Of a DNA stretch of 64,000 bases, positions 55,911 through 64,000 are shown piece by piece; the first letter of the stretch is position 1, and each line of letters starts with the position of its first letter. This stretch comes from Glaucostegus cemiculus. Lineage: Eukaryota. The position numbers and the translations under genes are program-made. The stretch covers positions 186,001 to 250,000 of the forward strand of contig CDPCPM010000041.1 of assembly GCA_976551045.1 (NCBI GenBank). Reading direction: 5' to 3'. The notes under the pieces are model-generated. The model had not been told where the DNA came from and did no database searches. It saw only the letters and a list, made by a program, of their open reading frames with translations.

Positions 55911-58900
55911 GAGGGCGTGATTGATAGATAGGTAGAGAGGTATTGATTGATAGATAGGTAGATAGAGAGGTAGAGATCGATAGATAGTGATCGATAGATA
56001 GTGATCGATAGATAGATTGATCGATAGATAGATAGATATAGTGATGGATAGATAGAGATGGTGTGATACATAGACAGGTAGTGATAGATAGNNNNNNNNN
56101 NNNNNNNNNNNNNNNNNNNNNNNNNNNNNNNNNNNNNNNNNNNNNNNNNNNNNNNNNNNNNNNNNNNNNNNNNNNNNNNNNNNNNNNNNNNNNNNNNNNN
56201 NNNNNNNNNNNNNNNNNNNNNNNNNNNNNNNNNNNNNNNNNNNNNNNNNNNNNNNNNNNNNNNNNNNNNNNNNNNNNNNNNNNNNNNNNNNNNNNNNNNN
56301 NNNNNNNNNNNNNNNNNNNNNNNNNNNNNNNNNNNNNATTGATAGAGAGGTAGGGATAGTTAGATAGACAGATAGACAGAGACACAAAAGGGCGCACAGT
56401 CAGACTTGCAGGCCGGCAGAAAGCTAAAGAGTACGAAACAGAAAATGCACTTCTAGGCACAGATGCTGTTGACGAACCTGTGTATATTTGCAAGGCAATA
56501 CAGATGCGAACTGATGGCTTTCTTCCGTCGTTTCTCAAATGGCAGCTGAGGCCAGCCCACTCTTCTGGGCATGGCAATGGCGAGGACGGCTGATTTCCAC
56601 TGAGTAGGTTCTCAGTCGACATCTGTAGCTTTATAATTACAAACCTCCTCATTCCCTGATACCCTGAGATATCTTACAGTGAGGCAGAGACAATGACAAT
56701 TGGATGGGTAGATGGATAAACAGATAAAGAAAGACAGCGAGATAGATTCATAGATGAAGTCATATAAATAGATAGATAGAGAGAGAGATAGAGATATAGA
56801 TAGATAGAGAGAGAGAGACGGAAGGGCGCACATGGGACGTCGGCTGACAGAGAGTACAAGTCTTCGAAATAATATTGAATTTCACGTTCTGCTGTTATCG
56901 AAACTGCAGATATTTACAAGGCAATCGAAATGCGAAGTGACGGCTTTCTTTTATTGTCTGTAATATGGCAGGTGAGTCCAGCCCCCACTACTGGGCATGG
57001 TCGGGGTTAGGAAGGCAGATAGACACTGGGTGGGTCCTCATTCGAAATCTACAGCTTTGTAGTTATCGAACCCCTTTCCCTCATGCCCTGAGATGTCTTA
57101 CAGTGAACCTCTTTGTGCCACCACACTAGGACCGTTACAGCCGGGAAGTGTACCTGTGCAATAAGCGGAGTTTTGGTCTGTTTTCTTCAGCTCATAGACA
57201 ATGTAATCGGTGCAGTTTTTAATCCTGATCTCCCGAGTCTCCGTGGACTCCTCCTGAGTCACTTTGCATGCGCCGTTCCCTCCGCTGAAACAAACCGCGC
57301 TCTTCACCACTCCCTTCCCCACGGTGGGATGGGGACCTGTAAAAATTGCAGAGTGTAACTCACATCAGTACTGCGGAATGGGAATATGAATGTCGGGATG
57401 TTGGAAATTCTGACCCTACCTTGTATCCAGCCGGGATGTGTCGTGGAACAGTTATGCTCTGAGATACGAGTCTCGGGAATCTTCCATCCTCCGGAACTGC
57501 AAGAACAACCACAGCGTCTGCATCGGATCTCCTCGCTTCATCAGCTGTGAGAATGGCTGGTGTCCGGAGAGCGAGACTGCACACTCGGAACTAACTTCTG
57601 ACCCCTCCCCTCCCTGCTCGAATTCAACACACAGATCTCTTCCGGAAATCATCCTGCACGCAACGTCCCGATTGCTACCCCCACATATATCCCCGGGTCC
57701 TCTCCTAACTTCTCTACCTGATGGACATCCGTCACCGTCAGGGCGGGAGGCACCCTGGCGTAGCTGGGAGGGCCGCTGCCTCACAGCGCCGGTGACCTGG
57801 TCTCAAGCATCCGCTGTCCTCTGTGTGGAGTTTGCACGTCATCTCCGCGACCACACTGATTTCCTCCGAGTGCCCGCATTCCCACCACATCCCAACACCG
57901 TGTGGCTTCGAAGATTAACTGGCCACTGTCAGTGGCCGCTGGGGACTAACTTGTGACACCCTCCCTGCTCGATTCGATTCTACACACAGATCTATTCCTT
58001 TTGCTGCCCCCCCCCATGTATCCCCAGGTTCTGTCCAAACTTCTCTACCTGATGGACATTCGCTGCCATCACAGCGGGCGGCACCCTGGCGCAGCTGGGA
58101 GGGCCGCTGCCTGACACGTTTGGTGACCTGCTCTCAAACCCTCTGCTGCCGTCTGTGTGGAGTTTGCACGTCATCTCTGCGGACGCCTGGTTTCCCCTCA
58201 CCCCCCCGCACCCCAATGACTGTTGGCTTCGGAGATTAATTGGCCAATATCAATGGCCGCGGGCGCGAAGGTGAGTGGCAGCTTCTGGGATCGTTGAACG
58301 AAAATATGGATCGAATGGAGAATTTGGTGTAAATGTCTATGTGATGCTGGGTACGCACACGGTGGGCCGAAAGGACTGTTTCCGTTATCTGGCTTTCCAG
58401 CCAAATGTACCTACTCTCTCTTAATGTTCGGGCTGCATTACCTCTTCCCATGCTGACATCCTCAGTTCCCTGATCTCCGACTGCTCTGCCCGAAAACGCA
58501 ACGCATCAGCCCTTTCTTGTTTACCATCATTTTGTTCAGCGGAAGCTCTGCTAACTCGCGGTCCCTCTCCTATATCCCACACCATCCTATATTTATCCCA
58601 CACGGACACAATTACATGTTCCCACCAGATCGGACGCGACAACGAAGCACCTTTGTCCCCTCATTCTGCAACAGAATGAGACTGCTCCCACCTTCCATCC
58701 AACTCCCATGCGTTCTACCATTCACCCAAGCGATGCGGCCTCTGATCCGATCGACCCCGACTCTTCTGGACACAAGAAAACCGGCCTGGACTCCAAGCTT
58801 GATCACAGGGAGAGGTTGCAAACCCCACACAGACAGCGGCGGAGTTCATCCCGGAGACCCGGTCACTGGAGCTGCGAAGCAGCAGTTCCATGAGCCGAGA

Positions 58901-60240
58901 CAATGTGCTTCCCACCTTGTATTTCTCTCTCCCTTCATTCTATATTCTGCTCTGATCCAGGAACCGCGGTGTATCTTTATACAGATGTTGGCTGATCCCG
59001 TTTCCTCTGTCCGAGTCATGTACCGATGCACTAAGGATTGGGGACGCCCTGTGTTTTCCGTTACATGATTTCCCCTCCGTTATTTGCTCGTTTATTTGCT
59101 ACTTCTCCCACTTTACCTGTTAAACCTGTACCATCCATATTCAAGTTTGTCATCACTCTTAGTTTTATCCGTGCATTCCTTTCCTTTGCAATCCGCGCTC
59201 CTCCAGGTCTCGTCCAGGACTGTGTGACTGACACACGGGTCAGAGCGAGCGGAGTCCGCAGCTGAACAACAGAATCACACTCAGCGTGAGTATCACCCGC
59301 AGTCCACGCATTGCAGGGACGTCTGAACACAGAAGTGTCACTGAATCACAGAATGGGATGGCGGAGCGACGGGCCCTTTTGGTCCATCTCGTCCGTACCC
59401 ACCATCATGCCCATCGACTCTAAACCCGTTTGCCTGCATTCGCCCCGTAAACCGCTGTCCCATCGAATTACCTCCACCACTTCCTCCGGCAGAGAAAGGT
59501 AACCACCGCCCTCTGTGTGAGAACACTTACACCTCAGATTCTCTTTAACTCTCTCCCTTCTCACCTTAAAACTCTGCGGTCTATCCCCAGAAATAGGACG
59601 CTGACCATCTGTCCAGTCTGTGTCCCTCAGGAGGTTATAAACATCTTCTGGATTAGCCTTCAGCCTCCTTCCTTTTTCAAGCCCACCTCATTCATTCTCC
59701 TTCATGTTACCACAGACCCCCCATTCCAACACTCTGGCGGGCCTCCTCTCTCTCTCTCTCTCTCTTCCCACCCCTCTCTGACTATTTCTCACTGCGATAT
59801 ATTTCATGGCATCGGACGACTAGAACTGTGCAGAAAATGCAGCCGAAAATTGTTTTTCAGTGGTATAATATGACGTCTTAATCTCTACACAAATTACGCC
59901 GTCCAATGCAGGCAAACGTGTCAAACGCCTTCCGCATTACGCCATCTACCTGCTCCGCCCCTTCCAGGACGCGGCTCAGGAGCATTCTCAGGTCCCGCAC
60001 GAAAACCACTCCCCCTCTGTCCCTATCTTCAACCTAAGGTTCCCTCCTTGACGTTCAATTGCGTCGCACATTTGAGAGCTGTAAAGCCTTGGACCTGTCG
60101 TCAATCGCATATGTCAGGGCAGCTCTCTTTAGGGAAAAGACTGTGCAATTTTCCAACCGGAAGTCACCTGCTCGGAGGTCCGTATTCATGGAGCTAGAAA
60201 TCTTTCCCAGAGATAGATAGATAGATCGATCGATAGATAA

Positions 60241-60277
<37 letters not shown>

Positions 60278-63034
60278 CAGACAGACATAGATAGAAGCAT
60301 AGATATATACAGAGAGACAGATAGCCATAAAGATACATGGATATATATATAGACAAGCAAAGGGATAGATATNNNNNNNNNNNNNNNNNNNNNNNNNNNN
60401 NNNNNNNNNNNNNNNNNNNNNNNNNNNNNNNNNNNNNNNNNNNNNNNNNNNNNNNNNNNNNNNNNNNNNNNNNNNNNNNNNNNNNNNNNNNNNNNNNNNN
60501 NNNNNNNNNNNNNNNNNNNNNNNNNNNNNNNNNNNNNNNNNNNNNNNNNNNNNNNNNNNNNNNNNNNNNNNNNNNNNNNNNNNNNNNNNNNNNNNNNNNT
60601 TCACGTTCTGCTGTTACCGAAACTGCATATATTTGTAAGGCAATCGATATGCGAAGTGACTGCTCTCTTCTAGAATCTATAATATACCAGCTGAGTTCAG
60701 CTGCCACCTCTGGAAGTGGCATGTGTCAGGAAGGCAGTGGGACGGCGGGTTCTCATTGAAAATCTGCAGTTATATAGTTACCGACCCTCCTTTCCCTGAT
60801 GCCCTGTGATGTCTTACAGTGACCCTCCCTGTGCCACCACACTGGGACCGTTGCAGCCGGGGAGTGTACCTGTGCAATAAGCGGAGTTACTGGGTGTTTT
60901 CTTCAGCTCATAGACAAAGTAATCGGTGCAGTTCTTAATCCTGATCTCCAGAGCCTTTTTGCCATCACCGTCCGAGCCGCTGAAACAAACTGTACTGTTC
61001 ACCACCCCCTGACCCACCGTAGGATGGGGACCTGTAAATATTGCAGAGTGTAACTCACATCAGTACTGCGGAATAGGAATATGGATGTTGAGGTGTTGTA
61101 TATTCTGACCGTACCTTGTATCCAGCCGGGATATTTCGTGGAGCAGTGATACATTGAGATACGAGTCTCGGGAATCTTCCATCCGCCGGAACTGTAAAAT
61201 CAACCACAGCGTGTGCATCCGAACTCTTCGCTTCATCAGCTGTGCGAATGGCTGGTGTCCGGAGAGGGAGACTGGAGACTGGTTCCTGACTTGTGACCCC
61301 TCCCCTCTCTGCTCGATTCTGCACCCGGCTCCATTCCGCAAATCCTCTAGCACTTGCTGCCCCCACATCTGTGCTAACCTATGCACCAGTTGGATATTCG
61401 CCAGCGTCGCAGCGGGCGGCACCGTGGAGCAGCTGTCAGGGCCGCGGCCTCACAGCGCCGGTGACCTGTTCTCAAGCCTCTGCTGCCGTTTGTCTGGAGT
61501 TTGCACGCAATCGCCGAGATCACGTGGATTTCCTCCGAGTGCTCTCCATTCCTGCCACATCCCAACAACTGGTGGCTTCGGAGATCGATCGCCACCGTTA
61601 ATACCCGCTAGTGGGCAGTTGAATGGAAGCTTCTGGGACCGTTTCATTTGAATGTGGGAAGAATAGATAATGTGTAAATGTCTATTTGATGCTCGGGGCG
61701 CACACGAATTCATCTACTCTCTCTCTAATTATGTTCTGGCTGCATTACCTCTTTCCACGCCGACATCCTCAGTTCCCTGATCTGCGACTGGCTTGACCCG
61801 AGAACGCAACGCATCAGCCCTTTCTTGTTTACTCTCATTTTATTCTGCTGTATGTCTGCTAACTCAGCGTCCCTGTCCAATATCCCACTCCATCCTATAT
61901 TTATCCCACACGGACACAGTCTCTTGTTCCTACCAGGGCGACGGTCACCACAAAGCTCCTTCATTCCAACAGGGGCTCCTGGTCCCAGCGAGATCGCACC
62001 GACCATCAAGCACCCAGGCGCCCTCATCCTACACTCACCCCATTTCTCTTTCCTCGTGTTCTGTTCAGCTTCGACCCATTACACCGCTCACTGACCCACA
62101 AGGGCTTCTTAACCTATCGGCTCGGACGTGTTCAGAAACAAGCGCTCCCTGAAGAAATGAACCCAAACCAGGGAGAACGTGCAAACTCCACACCGACCGA
62201 GCCCGATGTCAGGACAGAACCTGGGTCGCTGGAGCTATGCGGTCGCAGTTCCAATACCCTCCCATCTTCCGTTCCTCTCTTCCGTCGCTCTATATTTGCC
62301 TTTTTGTTTTAATGAATCTCAGTTAATCCATAACAGAATCTGGCTGCAACATTTTCCTTATCTCCGTTCTGTGCATAGTTGCATTGATCGATGATTTGGG
62401 AGGACCTGAATTTCCGTTTCTCCTTTCTCCCTCTCCGTTATTAACTCGTTACACTGAAACCTTATTTCACTTTACCTTTTAAACCTGTACCATCCATCTT
62501 TAAGACTGCCATCACACTTGGGATCGGTGCAATCATCTTTACCGCAATTGGTGCTCCTCCACGACTGTTCCAGGACAGTGTGGTTGACACACGGATCATG
62601 GGCAGCGGGGTCCGCACCTGCATGACGTAAACCTGATCTGTGTTAGTATCACGTGCGGTTCGCCCACCCTCCCAAGTGTCATTGACCTGAGTCTCACTGC
62701 CCAAGAAATCGCTCCCTCAAGTGTAGAGTTGGATCTGTCACCAACTGTGCACCCGCTGGAGTGCTGAAGGTTGATACGTCTCTCCGGGTGGGAAGGTATA
62801 ATTCTCGGCCCCGACATCAGTGACACCATCTTTCCGCTTCCGGGAGATGACGCAAAGACATCTCGAGCTGTCCCCCGGCAGAACAAATCCTGACCTTGGT
62901 TGTGAAGGAGATTCCCCTAGAGCGATCTGCACCTGCCTGTCACCAGATTGAAACGAGCTTCAGGTGTTCATGTTCTACTCACCAAGACTGGATGGGCTAT
63001 GAAATAAGTAAGTAGGTCTCAATACCAGGCAAAT
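1..63034 (-). CDS. Multi-exon UMOD/GP2/OIT3-like gene region (partial) with 14 tandem D10C (D8C) domain modules; start codon/signal peptide and C-terminus not seen in the window
   Basis: 42 exons in 14 A-B-C triplets, all with GT-AG borders and consistent phases (A 1->2, B 2->1, C 1->1). Spliced translation matches the GP2/uromodulin D10C motif order DPC..TLL.EPWRS...GWYRF.G.GG...ET....C....PxW.xG.HP....G......C...C....VKxC..Y.VY.L.....YCT. Whether this is one gene or several cannot be settled from sequence. Confidence 0.85.
1573..3948 (-). pseudogene. D10C module 14 (A 3804-3948 with in-frame TGA at 3875-3877, B 1816-1892, C 1573-1731)
   Basis: [125 protein letters not shown]; splice sites intact, B and C open. 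Confidence 0.75.
2138..2946 (+). mobile_element. Solo LTR (probably Ty3/Gypsy-type)
   Basis: Termini TGTTACGAA...TTCGTAACA, 4-bp TSD TCAC (2134-2137 / 2947-2950), AATAAA at about 2883; site is empty in the other modules. Confidence 0.8.
5760..8167 (-). CDS. D10C module 13 (A 8023-8167, B 6006-6082, C 5760-5921)
   Basis: [127 protein letters not shown]. Confidence 0.9.
6838..7562 (+). mobile_element. CR1-type LINE 3' fragment
   Basis: ORF 6950-7432 [16 protein letters not shown]...QRRFTRM...RGDLIEVYK...[13 protein letters not shown], followed by 3' UTR with a short repeat tail. Confidence 0.9.
9989..12153 (-). CDS. D10C module 12 (A 12009-12153, B 10234-10310, C 9989-10150)
   Basis: [127 protein letters not shown]. 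Confidence 0.9.
11269..11790 (-). mobile_element. CR1-type LINE 3' fragment
   Basis: [26 protein letters not shown]...RGDVRGRFF; similar to the element at 25013-28512; TATTG repeated at both junctions. Confidence 0.85.
12561..14135 (-). mobile_element. CR1-type LINE, 5'-truncated, RT ORF 12652-13827
   Basis: [33 protein letters not shown] motifs; (CTATTGT)n tail. Confidence 0.95.
14576..16208 (-). CDS. D10C module 11 (A 16064-16208, B 14842-14918, C 14576-14758; 7-aa insertion in C)
   Basis: [134 protein letters not shown]. Confidence 0.9.
17119..18669 (+). mobile_element. Rex1/Babar-like LINE, RT ORF 17235-18392 plus 3' UTR
   Basis: [71 protein letters not shown]; AATAAA near the 3' end; bounded by N runs. 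Confidence 0.9.
19593..21304 (-). CDS. D10C module 10 (A 21160-21304, B 19838-19914, C 19593-19754)
   Basis: [127 protein letters not shown]. Confidence 0.9.
21555..22200 (+). repeat. Degenerate (GATA/GACA)n tract, representative of the tract in each C-A intron (also about 635-1230, 4900-5420, 8810-9545, 24090-25010, 28515-29100, 52260-53070, 55780-56380, 60210-60370)
   Basis: Direct reading; the nine N runs in the window lie in or next to these tracts. Confidence 0.95.
22200..24080 (+). mobile_element. Degenerate L1-type LINE ORF2 C-terminal fragment and 3' region, with a nested short element at about 23445-23690
   Basis: Broken frames resemble LPKF.Y.FQSLPVF.PKSFF and GLALPNF..YYWA; AT-rich; homologous to 63170-64000. 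Confidence 0.7.
25013..28512 (+). mobile_element. CR1 LINE with partial ORF1 (SGNH-esterase-like, DGLHPN) and full-length ORF2 (endonuclease + RT) broken by one in-frame TGA at 25813-25815
   Basis: [66 protein letters not shown]; (ATTGTTCT)n tail. Confidence 0.96.
29403..31148 (-). CDS. D10C module 9 (A 31004-31148, B 29648-29724, C 29403-29564)
   Basis: [127 protein letters not shown]; exon B donor is a weak GTTGGG. Confidence 0.82.
32849..35630 (-). CDS. D10C module 8 (A 35486-35630, B 33095-33171, C 32849-33010)
   Basis: [127 protein letters not shown]. Confidence 0.9.
33812..34167 (+). mobile_element. CR1-type LINE 3' fragment (family of 6838-7562)
   Basis: TRGHRFKML...[19 protein letters not shown]...; (TATGTTC)n tail. 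Confidence 0.85.
34561..34922 (+). mobile_element. CR1-type LINE 3' fragment (family of 12561-14135)
   Basis: VKGLDKI...[15 protein letters not shown], near-identical to the end of the 12652-13827 ORF; (CTATTGT)n tail. Confidence 0.9.
36767..38722 (-). CDS. D10C module 7 (A 38578-38722, B 37013-37089, C 36767-36928)
   Basis: Same protein as module 4, offset 3 x 3,084 bp; splice sites checked directly. Confidence 0.88.
37335..37665 (+). mobile_element. Old degenerate V-SINE in the A-B intron (representative; a copy sits at the same place in all 14 modules)
   Basis: ggcaccctggcg.agctgggagggccgctgcctcacagcgccggtgacc...tgtgtggagtttgcacg, ending in a CR1-like gggccgaagggcctgtttcc tail. Confidence 0.75.
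37985..38130 (-). mobile_element. Old degenerate V-SINE in opposite orientation in the A-B intron (representative; present, sometimes truncated, in most modules)
   Basis: Reverse complement reads ctgcttcgcagccccagtgaccgcgtctccgggctgacctccaccgctgtctgcgtggagtttacaagctctccctgtg. Confidence 0.7.
39851..41806 (-). CDS. D10C module 6 (A 41662-41806, B 40097-40173, C 39851-40012)
   Basis: Same protein as module 4, offset 2 x 3,084 bp. Confidence 0.85.
42935..44890 (-). CDS. D10C module 5 (A 44746-44890, B 43181-43257, C 42935-43096)
   Basis: Same protein as module 4, offset 3,084 bp. Confidence 0.85.
46019..47974 (-). CDS. D10C module 4 (A 47830-47974, B 46265-46341, C 46019-46180)
   Basis: [127 protein letters not shown]. 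Confidence 0.88.
49103..51071 (-). CDS. D10C module 3 (A 50927-51071, B 49349-49425, C 49103-49264)
   Basis: [127 protein letters not shown]. Confidence 0.9.
51389..51650 (+). mobile_element. Young tRNA-derived V-SINE (HE1-like)
   Basis: tRNA-like head (ggcacggtagcgtagcgg...ggggttcgtttccc), V-domain core ggagtttgtacgttctcccgtgtttgcgtgggtttcctccgggtgctccggtttcctccca, A-rich tail. Confidence 0.85.
53372..53452 (-). CDS. Candidate 81-nt Ser/Pro-rich linker exon E2 ([27 protein letters not shown])
   Basis: ctctccctttctgcatccctcAG acceptor, AAG/GTAAAG donor, phase 1-1, open. Direct joining to exon C2 gives the family-typical YCT-DP. Confidence 0.55.
53763..53824 (-). CDS. Candidate small exon E1 ([20 protein letters not shown])
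   Basis: ttctctattacAG acceptor, GTATGT donor; paralog of E1'. Confidence 0.45.
54839..54875 (-). CDS. Candidate 37-nt exon E2' ([12 protein letters not shown])
   Basis: ctgcatctctcAG acceptor, AG/GTAAAG donor; shortened paralog of 53372-53452; not frame-preserving alone. Confidence 0.3.
55181..55242 (-). CDS. Candidate small exon E1' ([20 protein letters not shown]), 60 or 62 nt depending on acceptor (tacAG/AG)
   Basis: tattacag acceptor, GTATGT donor; paralog of 53763-53824 with 7 of 10 differences at third codon positions in this frame. Confidence 0.45.
57154..59261 (-). CDS. D10C module 2 (A 59117-59261, B 57420-57496, C 57154-57336; 7-aa insertion in C)
   Basis: [134 protein letters not shown]. 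Confidence 0.9.
60870..62617 (-). CDS. D10C module 1 (exon A 62476-62617, B 61115-61191, C 60870-61031)
   Basis: [126 protein letters not shown]; open frame, canonical splice sites. Confidence 0.9.
62983..63034 (-). CDS. Candidate 52-nt exon upstream of module 1 ([18 protein letters not shown])
   Basis: Long polypyrimidine tract then ttggcAG acceptor; strong G/GTGAGT donor; ends phase 1 with an open frame into exon A1. No ATG, so an earlier exon would be needed. Confidence 0.4.
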
Positions 63035-63169
63035 CTGCCAAGAGAAAGAAAGAGGGAAAGAGAGAAAAAGAGAGAAATAGAGAAAGAAAGATAAAGAAAG
63101 AGAGAGAGAGACAAAGAGAAAGAGAGATGGAGGGAGAGGGAGAGAGAAAAATAAAGGAAGACAGAAAGA

Positions 63170-64000
63170 AAGAATATGGTTTCAATTTCGTAAATGTTTT
63201 GGATTGACTAAATTTAATTTGTCAAGTCGCAGACAATCTATTTTTTTCTCCCGCGCATCTAGAGTAGATACAGCTTTTTCGATCTGGAAAAGGAAGGGAA
63301 TAGTATGCTTTCGTGATCTATTCATTGATAACTGTTTTCCATCTTTTGAACAATTGTCTACTAAATATAATTTGCCTGGGACACATTTTTTTTCGATAGT
63401 TGTAGATTAGAGGAGAAACTTCTTCTCACAAAGGGTGGTAAATCTGTGGAATGCACTGCCTCAGAGGGCAGTGGAGGCCAATACACTGGGCACTTTCAAG
63501 GAAGAGTTAGATAGGTTTCTTATAGATAGGAGAATCAGGGGATATGGGGAAAAGGCAGGAACAGGTTATTGAGGGTAGATGATCAGCCATGATCTCAAAA
63601 TGGCGGAGCAGACTCGAAGGGCCGAAAGGTCTACTTCTGCTCCTATTGTCTATTGTCTATTGTCTTTCCGATTTCTTATAAAACTGAAATCATCGATAAA
63701 ATATTAGGTCTTATTCCTCATCAGAAGGGCTTTACAGCAATAATTTATGATTTAATTATGAAAATACATCCATACTCACTCGACAAAATTAAGAATGATT
63801 GGGAAAGTGAACTCCAGATATCTGTATCTATAGAGACATGGAAGAAAATTCTTCATTTGTTTAATACATCCTCTATGTGCGCCAGACATTCATTGATACA
63901 GTTTAAAGTAGTGCACAGGGCCCAGATGTCCAAAGATAAGCGAGCTCGTTTTTATGACCGTATAAACCCTATATGTAATAGATACAAATCGAATGTGGCC
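63170..64000 (+). mobile_element. Degenerate L1-type LINE fragment with nested CR1 3' end (about 63405-63665)
   Basis: W..KGI..F.DLF..N.F.SFEQL..KYNL, IK.DWE.EL, CARH.LIQFKVVHRA motifs; nested piece ends in (CTATTGT)n. Confidence 0.8.

Noticed and set aside
532-60722. Many ORFs rich in YLSI/SIYL/DR and ORFs spanning X runs
   Set aside because: Translations of GATA microsatellite and N runs
1573-62617. Each module as a stand-alone gene
   Set aside because: No per-module start codon, signal-peptide exon or terminal exon found; each exon C ends at a conserved G/GT donor. Small exons hidden in N runs cannot be excluded.
3754-62704. Recurrent ORFs such as [16 protein letters not shown] (minus) and [13 protein letters not shown] (plus), and [19 protein letters not shown]
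   Set aside because: Wrong-frame or antisense readings of exons A and B; the frame giving DPC/WRS/GWYRF and GGWKIPET fits the splice phases
1-63034. Assigning the symbol UMOD, GP2 or OIT3
   Set aside because: Only the shared D10C domain is visible; orthology needs the ZP region and synteny

Overview
Vertebrate genomic DNA, probably a cartilaginous fish (CR1, Rex/Babar and L1 LINEs, V-type tRNA-SINEs, long GATA tracts). Most of the window is a minus-strand, intron-containing gene region that the ORF track misses. It holds 14 tandem copies of a 3-exon module: exon A (142-145 nt), B (77 nt) and C (159-183 nt), all with GT-AG borders. Each module encodes one uromodulin/GP2/OIT3-type D10C (D8C) cysteine-rich domain (DPC..HT.L...WRS / GWYRF / SGGWKIPET...C / [14 protein letters not shown]...C...[10 protein letters not shown]...SAYCT). 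Every module begins and ends in intron phase 1, so modules can be chained, skipped or shuffled in frame. Framework residues are conserved, loops are highly variable, and cysteines have been lost or gained largely in pairs. Modules 3-7 lie in a near-identical 3,084-bp tandem expansion. The last module carries a TGA at a Cys codon. Candidate small linker exons lie upstream of the array, between modules 2 and 3, and after module 14. All transposon insertions are intronic. Exon calls come from manual translation and splice-site reading, not from transcripts.
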